From Octopus bimaculoides (lineage: Eukaryota), in assembly GCF_001194135.2 (NCBI RefSeq), contig NC_068983.1:138170261-138231427 (forward strand): a DNA stretch of 61,167 nucleotides, in the 5' to 3' direction. Under the pieces are notes generated by a model that was not told the DNA's origin, did no database searches, and saw nothing but the letters and a program-made list of their open reading frames with translations. The position numbers were made by a program, and so were the translations under genes. Every line of letters begins with the position of its first letter. Position 1 is the first letter of the stretch. Below are positions 1-13,049 of this stretch, in pieces.

Positions 1-40
1 ATATATATATATATACATAAACACACACAAACACACACAA

Positions 41-80
<40 letters not shown>

Positions 81-345
81 GCATATATTTACATAGGTAA
101 ATATACGTAATGTATATATTTATAGGTTATGTAAATGTATGTACATATATATACATATATTTATACATACATAAATATGTGTAGAAATGTATATATATAT
201 ATATAATATATATATATGCATATATATATATTATATATATACATATGTATATGTATATGTTTGTATATATATACGTGTGTGTGTATATAAATATACGCAT
301 ACATACATACATACATACATGCATACATAATCATATACATAAATG
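1..345. repeat. Compound microsatellite (AT)n/(CA)n/(TACA)n
   Basis: Directly visible dinucleotide and tetranucleotide runs; source of the spurious I/Y-rich ORF 127..324. Confidence 0.95.
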
Positions 346-1592
346 TACTACATTTCTACTAATAATATTACTGTTTATCTGATCACCGTGATACGGATGT
401 GCAAAATCACGAAGAGAACTTAAAACAAAATGGAAAAATAGAAAAAAAAAGAAGAAAAAGAAACGGAAAACAAAGAACAGTATAAATGAAGAACAGCATC
501 AAACCAAAACATCTCTATTTCCTGAATGTTTCATTTGAAACAATTCGACGAAGATTGCGATAATTGATTCATGTAAGTTTCCAAGTATGGAGAGGAGTAA
601 ACAAATAAAATACTTAAGCACTCTTCACAGCTGTGTAAGCCTTGCAAATCCTGTTTTTGTCTTCAAAGAGTATAATGTATTTTAAATCTGATGTAACCTA
701 TCTTCTGTATACGTATTCGGAACACTAAAACCTTTCTCCATACAGCAAATCATTGAACAGTCTCGTAACTCTAGACGCAGAAAACTAAGGCAGAGAATAT
801 TTATACATACATAAATATGTACATATAAACACAGACACAGTCATATACATATAAATATACATACATACATGCATACATACATAAAATCATACATACATAC
901 ATACATACATACATACATAGTCACACATACATACATACATATACGAGATGCATAACATATTCTAAGAGTACAGAAGCAAATATTTTATTCGCTCCTGAGC
1001 TATATATGAAGAATTGGGTTACATTAGCATTATATTTGTTACAGTAATGATAGAGATATAATGAAAAAGCGATCAATAGGGAAAACATTCCAAACAATAC
1101 ACACACACACACTCTTACATATTTGTCTATCTTTAAATCTATATAACGAAGGTATATATTTGTATAGATATTAATATGCATGTGTACGATTGTGCAGATA
1201 TACAGATAGACGGAGAGACAGATGGAAAAATTACCTNNNNNNNNNNNNNNNNNNNNNNNNNNNNNNNNNNNNNNNNNNNNNNNNNNNNNNNNNNNNNNNN
1301 NNNNNNNNNNNNNNNNNNNNNNNNNNNNNNNNNNNNNNNNNNNNNNNNNNNNNNNNNNNNNNNNNNNNNNNNNNNNNNNNNNNNNNNNNNNNNNNNNNNN
1401 NNNNNNNNNNNNNNNNNNNNNNNNNNNNNNNNNNNNNNNNNNNNNNNNNNNNNNNNNNNNNNNNNNNNNNNNNNNNNNNNNNNNNNNNNNNNNNNNNNNN
1501 NNNNNNNNNNNNNNNNNNNNNNNNNNNNNNNNNNNNNNNNNNNNNNNNNNNNNNNNNNNNNNNNNNNNNNNNNNNNNNNNNNNNNNNNNNNN

Positions 1593-1635
<43 letters not shown>

Positions 1636-3704
1636 CATATATATACAGATACATATATACATACATATACATATATACATATATATATTTATATATATTG
1701 AAAGAGAGGAAGAGAGAGGAGGAGGGAGAAAAAAGAGGGAATGAGAGGAGGGAAAGAGAAATAGATAGACAGGCAGAGAACGAGGAAGTGAGTGAAAGTG
1801 TAATCGACGTCCCACGGTTCCGCTATTGAGCACTCTACTACATGTATAAACTTTGCTGTTTGTATTGAGTTCTATATGATATACAGACTGTTATTTAGAG
1901 AATAATAATATTTCTCTTTCGCAGTAAAGTGACTGTTTAATAGGATTAAACATCGTATGTCTGTATTATGTTCTTCGTACAATATATCAGATCGCACCCT
2001 ATAATATTCTTTCTTAGGAGATTACGAAGTCCAACAATAAAGTGCCTTTTAATAACTTTAATTTTTGTTTGAAAACGTTGTTGTAGTATAGGGTGACCTT
2101 ATGGAATGCATGTTTATCTGAAATTTATTGGGATGTGTCAGTTACGTTATACTTAATGATTGTGAGTGGGGTCTTTATACATATATTCTCCTCTTTCGGT
2201 TTATGGGATATCGGGTTATTTTACTACTTTTAATTAGCGTTAACAGTTATTTTAAGATTCAATTATTGTTTTATAAGAAAATCCATCTCGTAGCCATTCC
2301 TCTTCTATGCTACAAATAGTCTGTCTTCTCTATATAATCCAATACTTTGCTTCATTTCTAATTACATGATTGATATGAAGGTCCAGGAGAAGCTATATTT
2401 CCCCCTCCCACCACTCTTTGAAGCTAAATATATAAAAAAAACCCCACTGACCCCCCTCCCCCACCGACTCTGTAGGGATCGTAAAATACAAGCAATTTGC
2501 GGTTGTTCATAATTCTACTAATTTCAGCTTATGCTATAGAGGTAAATATTTTGTTGAATTTAGTAGATTTCTAGAGATCGACGGATAAAAATTCCACTTA
2601 ATCGAACTCGATTAAGTTTAATCAGTTGGTTTAACCATCGATATATTCAAACCTTTTTACAGAAGCACTGCCACCCTTCCACTGCATTAATTTTATAACT
2701 CATCTTATTCTTAATTTGATACTATGATATATGTGTTTCATGGCTATACCTAATACAGTTTGTATGAGATTTATGTCTACATTTAAAGTTGTTAGTGGAA
2801 TTTTGTTTATGATCCTTATATGTAAGATGCAGGTTATCTTTGAATGTAACACTGCACATTTAGGTACTTTGCTCCATCGTTAACTACATTATTTATTCTA
2901 GGAATACTTATTATGTATGTCTTACTTATATTTTCTAATAATCTATCGTATGTGTTTTTGTCAGTCACGTATACAATATTTGATTTTATCAGCTCTCACA
3001 AATACGATGCTGAAACTTTGATGCGGTTGTAGATATTGTTTTAATGTAATATGAAATCTATAAGCTTGGTTGCTAAACGTGGCATTACTATCAGACTAAT
3101 CACATCTTATAATCTAAATCTTTCCATGTCTTTAACGTAAAAGAGATTTCTGTTTAGCTTTAAAACAAATTTCTTATCTCTAAGCCTGCTGAATCTAACG
3201 TTACAAAAAAGAAAAAAAGATCGCCTTTCGTTCCATTACTGTTAGTACGCTCTAGGTTTTCTCTATAAATTGCTTGACGTAGAATTATATTCCGGAGATA
3301 GCAATATTTTGCCGAGAATGTATGCTTCTCCACATTTCAGTGTCTGATTCCCTTTTCTTTTGCCTTATTACTTTTGATTTATTTGTTTTGATTTGCTTTT
3401 GTTCTTATTAATTTTATTTATTTTACCGTGTCGAACCGCCACCTACGTGTCGGTGATTGTATGCAATACAATCGGCATCTTGGCACTCTTAATGCAGGAT
3501 GAAGAATGCAAGCAAGGTTCTTACTCTAGCACATGCATGGACACTTGACCAGGCTGTTGAAGTCACGTAGTAAGAAAAACTATGTTCGCATATGCTTACT
3601 TATGGAGCACAGAAGAAATACGTATGTTTATTCGTTGTACGAGATTATGATCAATAAGCAAGTATACAAGTGTGAGTCATATATAAGAGCACATGCCACT
3701 CTGT

Positions 3705-3705
<1 letters not shown>

Positions 3706-3787
<82 letters not shown>

Positions 3788-3827
3788 GAAAGAGAGAGAG
3801 GGAGAGAGAGAAAGAAAGAGAGAGAGA
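3706..3827. repeat. (GA)n microsatellite
   Basis: Direct observation. Confidence 0.97.
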
Positions 3828-4037
3828 ATGTTCAACTAATCTAAGATATTAATTGGAAGATGCGTGGAACGGTGTTACGAAGCCGTGTATAATTTTTGAT
3901 TTATCTCTCCATATTATTTATTTTATAAATCATTTTCAATAACTGTTCCATGTATCCACAAAATTGCGATTGCAGACAAAAGTTACACATCAAATAATGC
4001 ATGACACAACATACAAATGGCATACATATACACACCC

Positions 4038-4039
4038 TA

Positions 4040-4103
<64 letters not shown>

Positions 4104-4131
4104 AGTCTCTCTCTCTCTCTCTCCCTCTCTC

Positions 4132-4171
<40 letters not shown>

Positions 4172-4180
4172 CCTATCTAG
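4038..4180. repeat. Compound (TATC)n/(TC)n microsatellite
   Basis: Direct observation. Confidence 0.97.
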
Positions 4181-4184
4181 CTAT

Positions 4185-4714
4185 AGCAGAACTCACCATC
4201 GTCTAGTGCGTGGAAAAATGAATTTTTCGAAAATGCCTAAAAGTTGATAGTCTGGTCCTAAGGTACCAAAGCAGTTAAATGTTGCTAACTTCAGATTGCC
4301 AAGCAACTTGCAAAGATTCCACGATGATATAGAATGTATCAATCTTAATTCAAACAATCTATGGGAAGATTTCAAAACAAAAGTATTTACGGCTGCAAAT
4401 TCAATGGGACTTAAATCGCATAAGTCCAGTGACTTGTTTTCAGACAAATCACCAAAAATTCATGATCTACTTTTAGAAAGACAAAAACTTAGGCAATACA
4501 CTTCTTTCTCAGTCCTTGAACCCCAACTCAAACGAAGCTTACAGAAAGCTGAAAGGGAAAGTGCAGTCTGCTCCAAGGAAAATTAAATAGGAATGGTGGA
4601 ATGACAGAGCAAAAGTGGTGCAAAAAGCAGCTGATAGAAATGATGCCAAGGATTCGTACTCTTATGTAAAGGAAGTATATGGCCCCAAATCTTCAATAGC
4701 TCCATTGAGAACAA
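4185..4714 (+). mobile_element. RTE/BovB-like LINE fragment (end of APE endonuclease plus linker), decayed
   Basis: Translates as THHRLVRGKM (endonuclease-terminal DHRLV motif) ... WEDFKTKVFTAA..MGLKSHKSSDLFSDKSPKIHDLL ... AADRNDAKDSYSYVKEVYGPKSSIAPL, matching the RTE linker pattern (W..FK....A...LG....DWF.E....I..LL; AD..D.K.FY..LK.VYGP). Contains stops and frameshifts. Confidence 0.8.
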
Positions 4715-4800
4715 CAATACATACATATATATGTATATAATACATACATACATATATATATATGTATATANNNNNNNNNNNNNNNNNNNTATATATGCAT

Positions 4801-5097
4801 TCTTTTCTTTTATTTGTTTCAGTCATTTGACTTCAGCCATCGAACAAATCGACCCCAGGACTTATTCTTTGTCAGCCTAGTACTTATTCCATCGGGGTCT
4901 TTTGCCGAACCGCTAAGTTCCTGGGATGTAAACACATCAATATCGTTTGATAGGCAATGGTGGTGGTGTGGGGGGGGGACAAAGACAGACACATACATAT
5001 ATGACGGGCTTCTTCCAGTTTCCGTCTACCAAATCCACTCATATGGCTTTGGACGGCCCAGGGTTATAGTAGAAGACACTTACCCAAGGTGCCAGGC
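4801..5097 (-). mobile_element. tRNA-derived SINE, family B, 5'-truncated
   Basis: Reverse complement is homologous to the copies at 18097-18462 and 20537-20706 (GGCACCTTGGGTAAGTGTCTTCTACTATA...GGTAGACGGAAACTG..GAAGCCCGTC...TTAGCGGTTCGGCAAAA...ATGACTGAAACAAATAAAAG). Confidence 0.85.
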
Positions 5098-5295
5098 ATA
5101 TATATAATGAAGAGTTTTGGTCTAGGTAACCCAAACCAATAGGTATCCAATTTGAGTGCTCCAATCGACAAGCCACTAGGATCCCAGTTCAAACAGGCGT
5201 TGGAGTTGTGGTGGCACAACTGTCCAGTCGGCAGAGAACCGGCAATCGGTAGCTTACCTTTGAATCAACAGGTATATGTTAAAGAAGAGTCAAAC

Positions 5296-5957
5296 AATTA
5301 ATGAAGGTAGGACTATGTCATTTAAATTTATTTAGTTTAGTTTAATTTAAAAGAGTTAATGCTAATGCAATGCAGGTATAATTAACAGATATAGTCTCTA
5401 ACAGCTTTTTCTGGGATATTCCAGGTACTGGATTATCCTATTGATCCAAGGTTGCAGATATATACGGAGGAAATTATTGGCAGAAAATTTTTTTGTAGGA
5501 AAATGTAGAAAAATGTGTTCACACCGACTTTCAAATTGCTAGCACTTTTGTTTCCCTTTCCTCCAATAGATATATTACTCGGCCTTTATTTTGAACAATG
5601 AACTTATCTATGAATGTACGCAAGGAAGAACCCTTTCATATGGGTCGGAATGAACTACTATACCCTCGATAATCTATAACCTATAACGAACCATGAACGT
5701 TCTACCGTGCTACGCATTTTCCTACAACAAATGTTCCTGCCTATAATTTCCTGCTTATATTTCTTATATGTCTCCGATGATGGAATGTCCAGTATATGGA
5801 ACCTTGGATCAATAAAATAATCGAGTAGTTGGGATATCCCAGAAACAGCTGTTACAGACTGTATCTATTAATTCTACTTGCATTGCATTAGCATAAAATC
5901 TTTTAAATTAAACTAAACGAAATAAATTTAAATGCTTTAGTCCTGCCTTGAATAATT
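5296..5957. mobile_element. Foldback/MITE-like non-autonomous element with long terminal inverted repeats
   Basis: 5296-~5506 is the reverse complement of ~5714-5957 (about 85% identity by eye, with one ~35-nt indel). The interior is non-coding. Confidence 0.7.
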
Positions 5958-5959
5958 AT

Positions 5960-6590
5960 TTTCCTCTTCTTACTTGCACGACTCTATTCTTTGTTTCTTT
6001 GTTTGTTTGTTTCTTTCATGCTCGATTCCCTCCTCTTTTCCCTTCACTGTGTCCCTGTCATTTTTTCTCGTCCATCCTTAATTCTTCTGTCCCTCTCTCT
6101 CTTCTCTCCCCATGTGACCGGTGTTCGGCCAAGCCTGGCCCTTCTTTCTTGGTTGGGCCTCTGTCCGTGCAACATATATATTCCTCCCCGTGCCTGTAAA
6201 ATTTTGTATCCCTGCCGTAAAGCTTTATTTCCACACACGCCAGCTTAATTTAATTCGTCCATAGTCGAAAGACACCTGTTGTTATGTCCTGTATTTGTGT
6301 AACATTCTCCGTTTTTTTTCGTCCTTGTTTTCGTATGCATTCGCTGCTTTCTTCCAAGGAATCTAATGCTCTTAGCATAGTTTTTCTTTGGGTCTGGTCA
6401 GATTAAAGCATTCTCAAGTATAACCAGCCGAAATTGCAAAGATAATCTGGAACTCGACTGAGGAAAGAAAACTCCGAATGACCCGTCCTTGTTTTCTTTG
6501 TATCGTCTATCTGGATGTTTTGTTGTCCCCTTTTTGTGTCACCTGTCTGGATGTTTTGCGTTCTTGTCCTATTTTGTAACAACAGACGAG
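5960..6590. repeat. Unclassified interspersed repeat
   Basis: 6224-6356 has an inverted homologue at 48029-48180 (TTCCACACACGCCAGCTTAATTTAATTCG...CGTCCTTGTTTTCGTAT..ATTCGCTGCTTTCTTCCA). Internal direct repeat TCTGGATGTTTTG occurs twice near 6510-6560. Confidence 0.7.
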
Positions 6591-6599
6591 GACAGGTGG

Positions 6600-6720
6600 T
6601 GTAAATAACAAAAGTATATATTAGTATGACGCTCGGGAATACGGAAAGTCTTTGACGTTTCGAGCTACGCTCTTCAACAGAAAGAATACGGAGACAAGGA
6701 GAAAAACACGGAGAAAAAAA
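6600..6720 (-). repeat. Interspersed repeat, Penelope pseudo-LTR-like, with degenerate hammerhead-like motif
   Basis: Second copy at 46900-47043 (ATAACAAA...ATTAGT.T.ACGCTCGGGAA...ACGTTT.GAGC.TACGCTCTTC.ACAGAAAG). The minus strand reads CTGTTGAAGAGCGTAGCTCGAAACGTC. Confidence 0.55.
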
Positions 6721-7279
6721 ATTGAAACATGATTTTAAAAGTCAATAAATGTTCAGTAAGTCACAACATTACGGTAAGATGCAGTTGCGTGTTGCTAAGC
6801 ATATCTCGTCCCTCTTCACCGTGTTTGGCATTACGAATTACCCCCAAATGAGAGCTATATGTTTCTCTTTAGGATCACATCTGGAGAAAGGACATCGAAA
6901 CAGATCCCATTATCACAGTGTCTGCTGATCGAACTCTGTCATACAGACGCTCTATCAACTCTGGCACACATTTAAGACTCAGCATTGTTTCTCATACTCC
7001 TCTTTGTTACTGTTTCTAAGACAGCCTGTGAGGGAATTTTTTAAGATCATTTCATAAGATCTTTGCTGTTTACATTTTTCTAAAGTGTATCATTACTGTC
7101 AGTGGGAGAAACTGGTGGCCTATTAAGAAATAGAATCGAAATAACGTATCACTTCTGTAAAATGCTCACCGTATATATTTCAAAACTAAAAAGTTTCCTG
7201 TCCAAATGCTGCAAACCATTTTCGTCGTAGTTAACTTTCAGTCTAAGGCTAAACTGATTTTCGAATATTGATTTCAAAT

Positions 7280-7483
7280 TTTAGCACAAGTCTAGCCATT
7301 TTGTGGTAGAAGGCAAGTCGATGAAATCGACCCCAGTGCTCGACTGATACTGATTTTATCGACACTGAAATGAGGAAAGGCAAATTCGACCTCGGAGAAT
7401 TTGAATGCAGAGCAGGAAGACGGACGAAATGCTACAAAGCATTTCGCCCGGCGTGCTAACGATTGTGCCATCTCGCTACCTTA
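7280..7483 (-). mobile_element. tRNA-derived SINE, family A
   Basis: Reverse complement is homologous to 52657-52880 and 36023-36250, with a recognisable A-box-like head and B-box-like ATTCAAATTC. Confidence 0.85.
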
Positions 7484-9744
7484 TGGTTTTCGAATATTAA
7501 TTCTTAATTAAAGATGTGCAATATAATTCATCCAGTATTGTAGATTTCTAAACAGAGATCTCTCAATTGTAGAAATTATATATCGCTTAATGTTTTCTAG
7601 AAACTAATTAAAATGTAATTGCAATCATAGGAGAAGAATTGCGAAAACTGAAGAACGAGGCAAGGTCACACGATCATTTGATCTTATTTAGAACGGTTAG
7701 AAAATTTGGAAAGAGATTTCTGTTAATGAGAATTTCCTCGGATGACAGTAAATTAAGTCGAAGATAATCAGAAAATAAGGTTTTTTCTGTAATAAAGGCG
7801 GGTTATAATTTATTGAGCTACTTGAGAATTTATCGAAAGTTTTTTGTGTTCTGTTTGCAAAGCACGTTCCCTCTTTTACTCAATGGGTTTCTCTGAAGAA
7901 CATGAATTATCTTTGATGATGTGGATGGAGTAAGGTGATTATTTAAAAGTATAACTATAAAGATTGCTTTTTGATTAACGAATTGCAAACGTGAAAGATC
8001 TTTACCGAAAATATTTATTTATATTATTTTTGTTACTCTTCCCATAACTACTGTTGTAATATGATCCTTTTTGATAAGGAGAAAAAAACTCAACAGCCAT
8101 ACGGAACAATAAATTCTCTGCTCAAATGTTCGTATTCCAGGTTAGGTGTTGCACCATGTTCTCTAAAATGTGGTAATTTACTTTGAAATTGTATATGAGG
8201 AGATTTTCAGCTCAGTTATTTAAAACTGAATTATAGGACGAGTTTCAGGAGAGTAAAAAGACAAATGGTACAACATGTTGTCACCATACGCACAATCAGT
8301 GCCAATAAAATAAAGCACACAAATACGTACTCGAGTGCATGCACATATATGCAAACAAGTACGTAACTCGGAATCCCATACACGTATATATTAAACTGCA
8401 TCAATTGTGTCGGTTTTAGAAAGCTTGAAGATGGCAGGGCAAGACTATTTAATCTAGACCGAACTAATAGACACGCGCGCACGCACACGCACACAGATTT
8501 GTATGTTACACTTAAATACTTCGAATATGTAAAGTTTCTTGCATAGAGATGATATCTATAGGATATACCTGTCTGGTCTTCGTTAATGTCTAGTAAATGA
8601 AAATATAAACAACTACGTCTACCAAGTGAAATTATATAAAGAATGAGTATCTATTCGATAAATTTTCGATTAGGCTGTAATGCTGACATGTAGAAATCGC
8701 TTGTGTTTTGTGAGTTTCTATAAATTCAATGTATATATGTTGTACATTTAAAGAATTAGTATTTATCTCTTTCGTTATCTATATCTTATTTAGGCCGTTG
8801 TCTTTAATTTGTGTATGCATAAAAGACACATAAAGATATCAGTCTATTCGAGGAATAATTTTCACACCAAGATTATTAATTTGCTTTATGACAGCTGTAT
8901 AAATTATTGTTAAGCAAATTAAAATGTAATATTTCTTCGCCACTCAATATCAATGAGATAATAAAGAAAGAAAGAAAGAAAAAAGGAAAGCACAACGACA
9001 AAATCTAACAACGTTAAACATTAGAAGAACATTAGAGGAAAAAATATGAATAAACAAAGCCGTTTTATTTTCGATTCTATTTCTTAATTCATTAAAATAA
9101 CATATAAAAAAAGAACTAAAACACACTTTCTACACCAAATAAATAAATAAATAAATAACTGCATCCATAAATAAAAGTTGTGTACGTCAAGGAAATGAAA
9201 CATGAAAATAAATAGCTCTTAATAAATTGTATCGCGAAGTGAGTTATTCTTTCTAATCATGTAATTTCTAATCCAAGCAGGTAGGCTCCGCTAGAAAGTA
9301 ATGGCCTTTTCTTCGAAGAATGAAAAGCAAAACAAGAAAAACAAAACAAGAAGATAAAAACAAAACAAAACAAATAAATAAAAGCGACCATCTCACTAAC
9401 TAATACACAATCAACAAAGAAACCAAAGAGATGAAAAAAAAATAACTATCATTTATAGTGTTAAATGAAGCTAAATTCAAAATACGACAAATCAATAGAA
9501 TGTGCTGTGTCTTCTTGCTTTTGATATTTAATTTATGTTAAAACAGACATTCGGAGCCAAACGAATAAACTTTAGTGGAAATTGCTGTGATGTAAACAAG
9601 ATTAAAACAAAAAATTAAAGGACGAAACAAAAACTTTTACACAAATACTTGACGATCACAATTCAAAATCAACAAAAGAAAACCAAGGAAAATAACAAAC
9701 ACATTAACAGTATCAAGAATGACCGGGAACATAACAAGAACAAG

Positions 9745-9886
<142 letters not shown>

Positions 9887-10429
9887 AAGATCAATAATTA
9901 AAACAGCACTAAACTATAACAATTACAACCACACAGGAAATAACCAATCTTGAGCAGTATGTCTGTGCTAATGGATATTACTTTTGTAGATTATTATAAT
10001 TTGATAAAAGATCTACCAAGAAACGAAAAGAAATTAAGAAAATAAAAAAAAAAAACATAAAAGGATAAAAAGAGAAAAACAGCCACACGCGTACACATGT
10101 CCGCGCATGCGCACATGCACGCACACGTGTACGCACAAGCACACGCGCACACACGCTCACTCTCAATCATACATACACACACAGAGACACGCACACACAC
10201 ACACACACACACACGCATGCATATACAAAACTGAATGAATAAAATAAAAATAATGAGTAAAGAAGGTATGGAGAAAAAATATGAAAGACAATTGAAAGTT
10301 CTGAATAAGAAAGTTATTTTAAATATTCGTTGCTAATTTGATTTCGTGATGTGATTAAAAGTCCACTGAGTTAAAAAGAAAAATGTACAATAAACGGACA
10401 TCAACAATCACTCCGTTTAAAATGTTCAA

Positions 10430-10790
10430 GAATTATTGAATATTCATTTGTTCGTCAAGTCATTCATGTTCCTGGGACAAGTTGCGATCTTCTTACCGAA
10501 ATTTACTGAACTATTTACTACAATAAATATTGAGTTTCATTTAATCGTTCTCTGTATTGCTTATAGCTGTATGGAGGTCACATTATCAACTTCCCTATTG
10601 TCCATGTACGGAAACCACATGTGTAAAGTTTTCCGTCTCAATACAAATAGCACGCTGTTTTGCATGTGGCACTCAACAACTCTTTATGAAGTTTTAGGAG
10701 CGCCATCATGATATACAACATGACTCGGACCTCAGGCATATTTAGAGATTTTAGGACTATTCCTCTTCAGGTCATATTTCCTTGAGAAGA
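10430..10790 (-). mobile_element. Possible very old Tc1/mariner-superfamily transposase remnant
   Basis: Minus-strand pieces GPSHVVYHDGAP (resembles the FQQDGAP second catalytic Asp) and ATCPRNMNDLTNK (resembles the P.NI.DLK C-terminus). Weak and fragmentary. Confidence 0.3.
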
Positions 10791-12549
10791 AAGAAAAAGA
10801 GATAGGAAAGCATAAAAAGAAGAGTGAAATCTTCACTAGATCATGTGTGAATTAGCTCAGATGGAAGAACACTTTCGGTAACACAGTCTAATATACGCTG
10901 TTTACAAAAAAGGGGGAAAAAGTAAAGACAAAATGATTGAAATGATTTTGGTCATAAGTCTACATTGGAGGATAAACAAATACAGCAATACAAACAACCG
11001 AAATCACCACAACTATCCCCGTCGTCAGTACTTTAGTGTTCTCGACTCGCTATTTCTAGTAGTGAAAGATCATTTGTCGATTCGCTCTGCAGTTTTATAA
11101 ACTAAGTAATTTACTTACGCAATATTTAAAAAGCAAGCATTTTAGTTACTTTGTAAGTAGAGGCGGGCTGTTTTGATGTTATTTTGTAGATGAATAGCTT
11201 TAGTATTCGATCTCTCTGTCCGTTAAATTGTTATTTGAGAGTAGAACACTGTATCCAGTCGGTTAGCATAAAATGTTGTTGAAGAAGGTATGTTGTTGCG
11301 AAAACTCCTGCATTATATTTTAATTATTTATTTTGATTTATTACACAGAGTAAAAAGAGAGAGAAGGACTAGAAAGAGAAATGGTGATGAGGAAGAGAAA
11401 GAATAGTCGAAAGAGATAAAAAATGAGAGATAGGGATAGATAGCTACAGAGAGGGGGAGTAAGAAAGCAAAAGAGACAAAGAGACACAAATCCTTCGAAT
11501 CCGAGGGAAATGAGACTGCATGATGTTTGCACATTCCTTTACAACATTAACTACGTAAGCGGAAATCGGAGTTGATTTGCCTGGAGCGTACATGTATTCA
11601 ACAGAGACTTCCATTACCTGAAATGTTTATGGCTTTCCTTTTGACTACGCATACAGATAGGAAAGTAGAATATTGCGAAAGATATTAGCGGAATAGGAGA
11701 AGGGTACGAAGATGGCAACTGCCAGGAAATTTATTCTGTCTAGGTGGCATTTCTGAAATTTCATATATTTATTGCGAAAATTAATGAGAGATAAGCGTGC
11801 TACATTGCATACATTGTGGCATTTAGCTCCATATCTCACGTTTCTAAGTCCCAATCCTAATGGTAAAGCTGTTTGTGTTTTATTTACATGCTGGGTAACA
11901 CTGAGAAATTATAGAATACGCATACATAAATGTACAACTATAAAAATGTCACCTTCATATGTATGCATGTATGTATGTACGTATGTATGTATGTATTCAC
12001 ATATATGTATGCATGTGTGCATATATATNNNNNNNNNNNNNNNNNNNNNNNNNNNNNNNNNNNNNNNNNNNNNNNNNNNNNNNNNNNNNNNNNNNNNNNN
12101 NNNNNNNNNNNNNNNNNNNNNNNNNNNNNNNNNNNNNNNNNNNNNNNNNNNNNNNNNNNNNNNNNNNNNNNNNNNNNNNNNNNNNNNNNNNNNNNNNNNN
12201 NNNNNNNNNNNNNNNNNNNNNNNNNNNNNNNNNNNNNNNNNNNNNNNNNNNNNNNNNNNNNNNNNNNNNNNNNNNNNNNNNNNNNNNNNNNNNNNNNNNN
12301 NNNNNNNNNNNNNNNNNNNNNNNNNNNNNNNNNNNNNNNNNNNNNNNNNNNNNNNNNNNNNNNATAGATTATAGATAAATAGATGGATATAGATATAGAT
12401 ATAGATATAGATATAGATATATACCACCATGATGAAAATTTGAAACCATCATAAATTTTCAGTAAAACTGCTGATTTTGTTCTGCAAATATCTTTTGAGA
12501 AATCTCGACAAAGTTAACTTTTGTCTTTCATCCTATCGTGGTAGATAAC

Positions 12550-12640
12550 TTAAAGTATCAGACAAATACCGGGGTCGATGTAATCGACTTGCCCCGTCCA
12601 ACAAGAAATTAGTGGCCTTGTGCCAAAATTTGAGACAATT
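12550..12640 (+). mobile_element. SINE family A, 3' fragment
   Basis: GGGGTCGATGTAATCGACTTGCCCC...GGCCTTGTGCCAAAATTTGA matches the 3' part of the other family A copies. Confidence 0.75.
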
Positions 12641-13049
12641 TTTATTTGTAACGAGTGCTGTGTATGTATTTTAGTATTATGTGCTTCTTATACTAATTTA
12701 CTACACAACAGACGGATTGTTTATTACTGTTTACTATGCGATGTTTGATGTAATGCATTGCGATTGCTCCTTGCTATACGAGGCTGCAGGAAAAGTCGGA
12801 AACAATTTATCTGTTACAATATTTATTTTGGCAATCAAATTTGTAAATTACATTGATCAGTAGCAGCTTTTCTCTTGTAGTTTGTTATTCATAACATGGC
12901 CTTTAATTTTCCTGTTTTTGTAATATATTATTACTGCCAATTTATGGTTTGGAGTAAGGCATCTTGTGATCCGTTTTATGAGACTTTTTTAATGTGTTCA
13001 TCTATCGCATAGTTAATATGCATTTGATTTATGTAATATATTTTACCTG

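Noticed and set aside
2400-2465. C-tracts (also three G5 runs at ~58987-59007) as G-quadruplex motifs
   Set aside because: Only three closely spaced runs are present at each site, so the canonical four-run pattern is not met.
5105-5290. GC-richer segment with donor-like sites on both strands (CAACAG|GTATAT; minus CAAAG|GTAAGC)
   Set aside because: It is wedged between a SINE and the foldback element, with no convincing acceptor or recognisable product. It is more likely another repeat fragment.
6872-7010. Acceptor-like TTTCTCTTTAG followed by an open frame DHIWRKDIETDPIITV
   Set aside because: No donor or homology is recognised, so it cannot be distinguished from chance.
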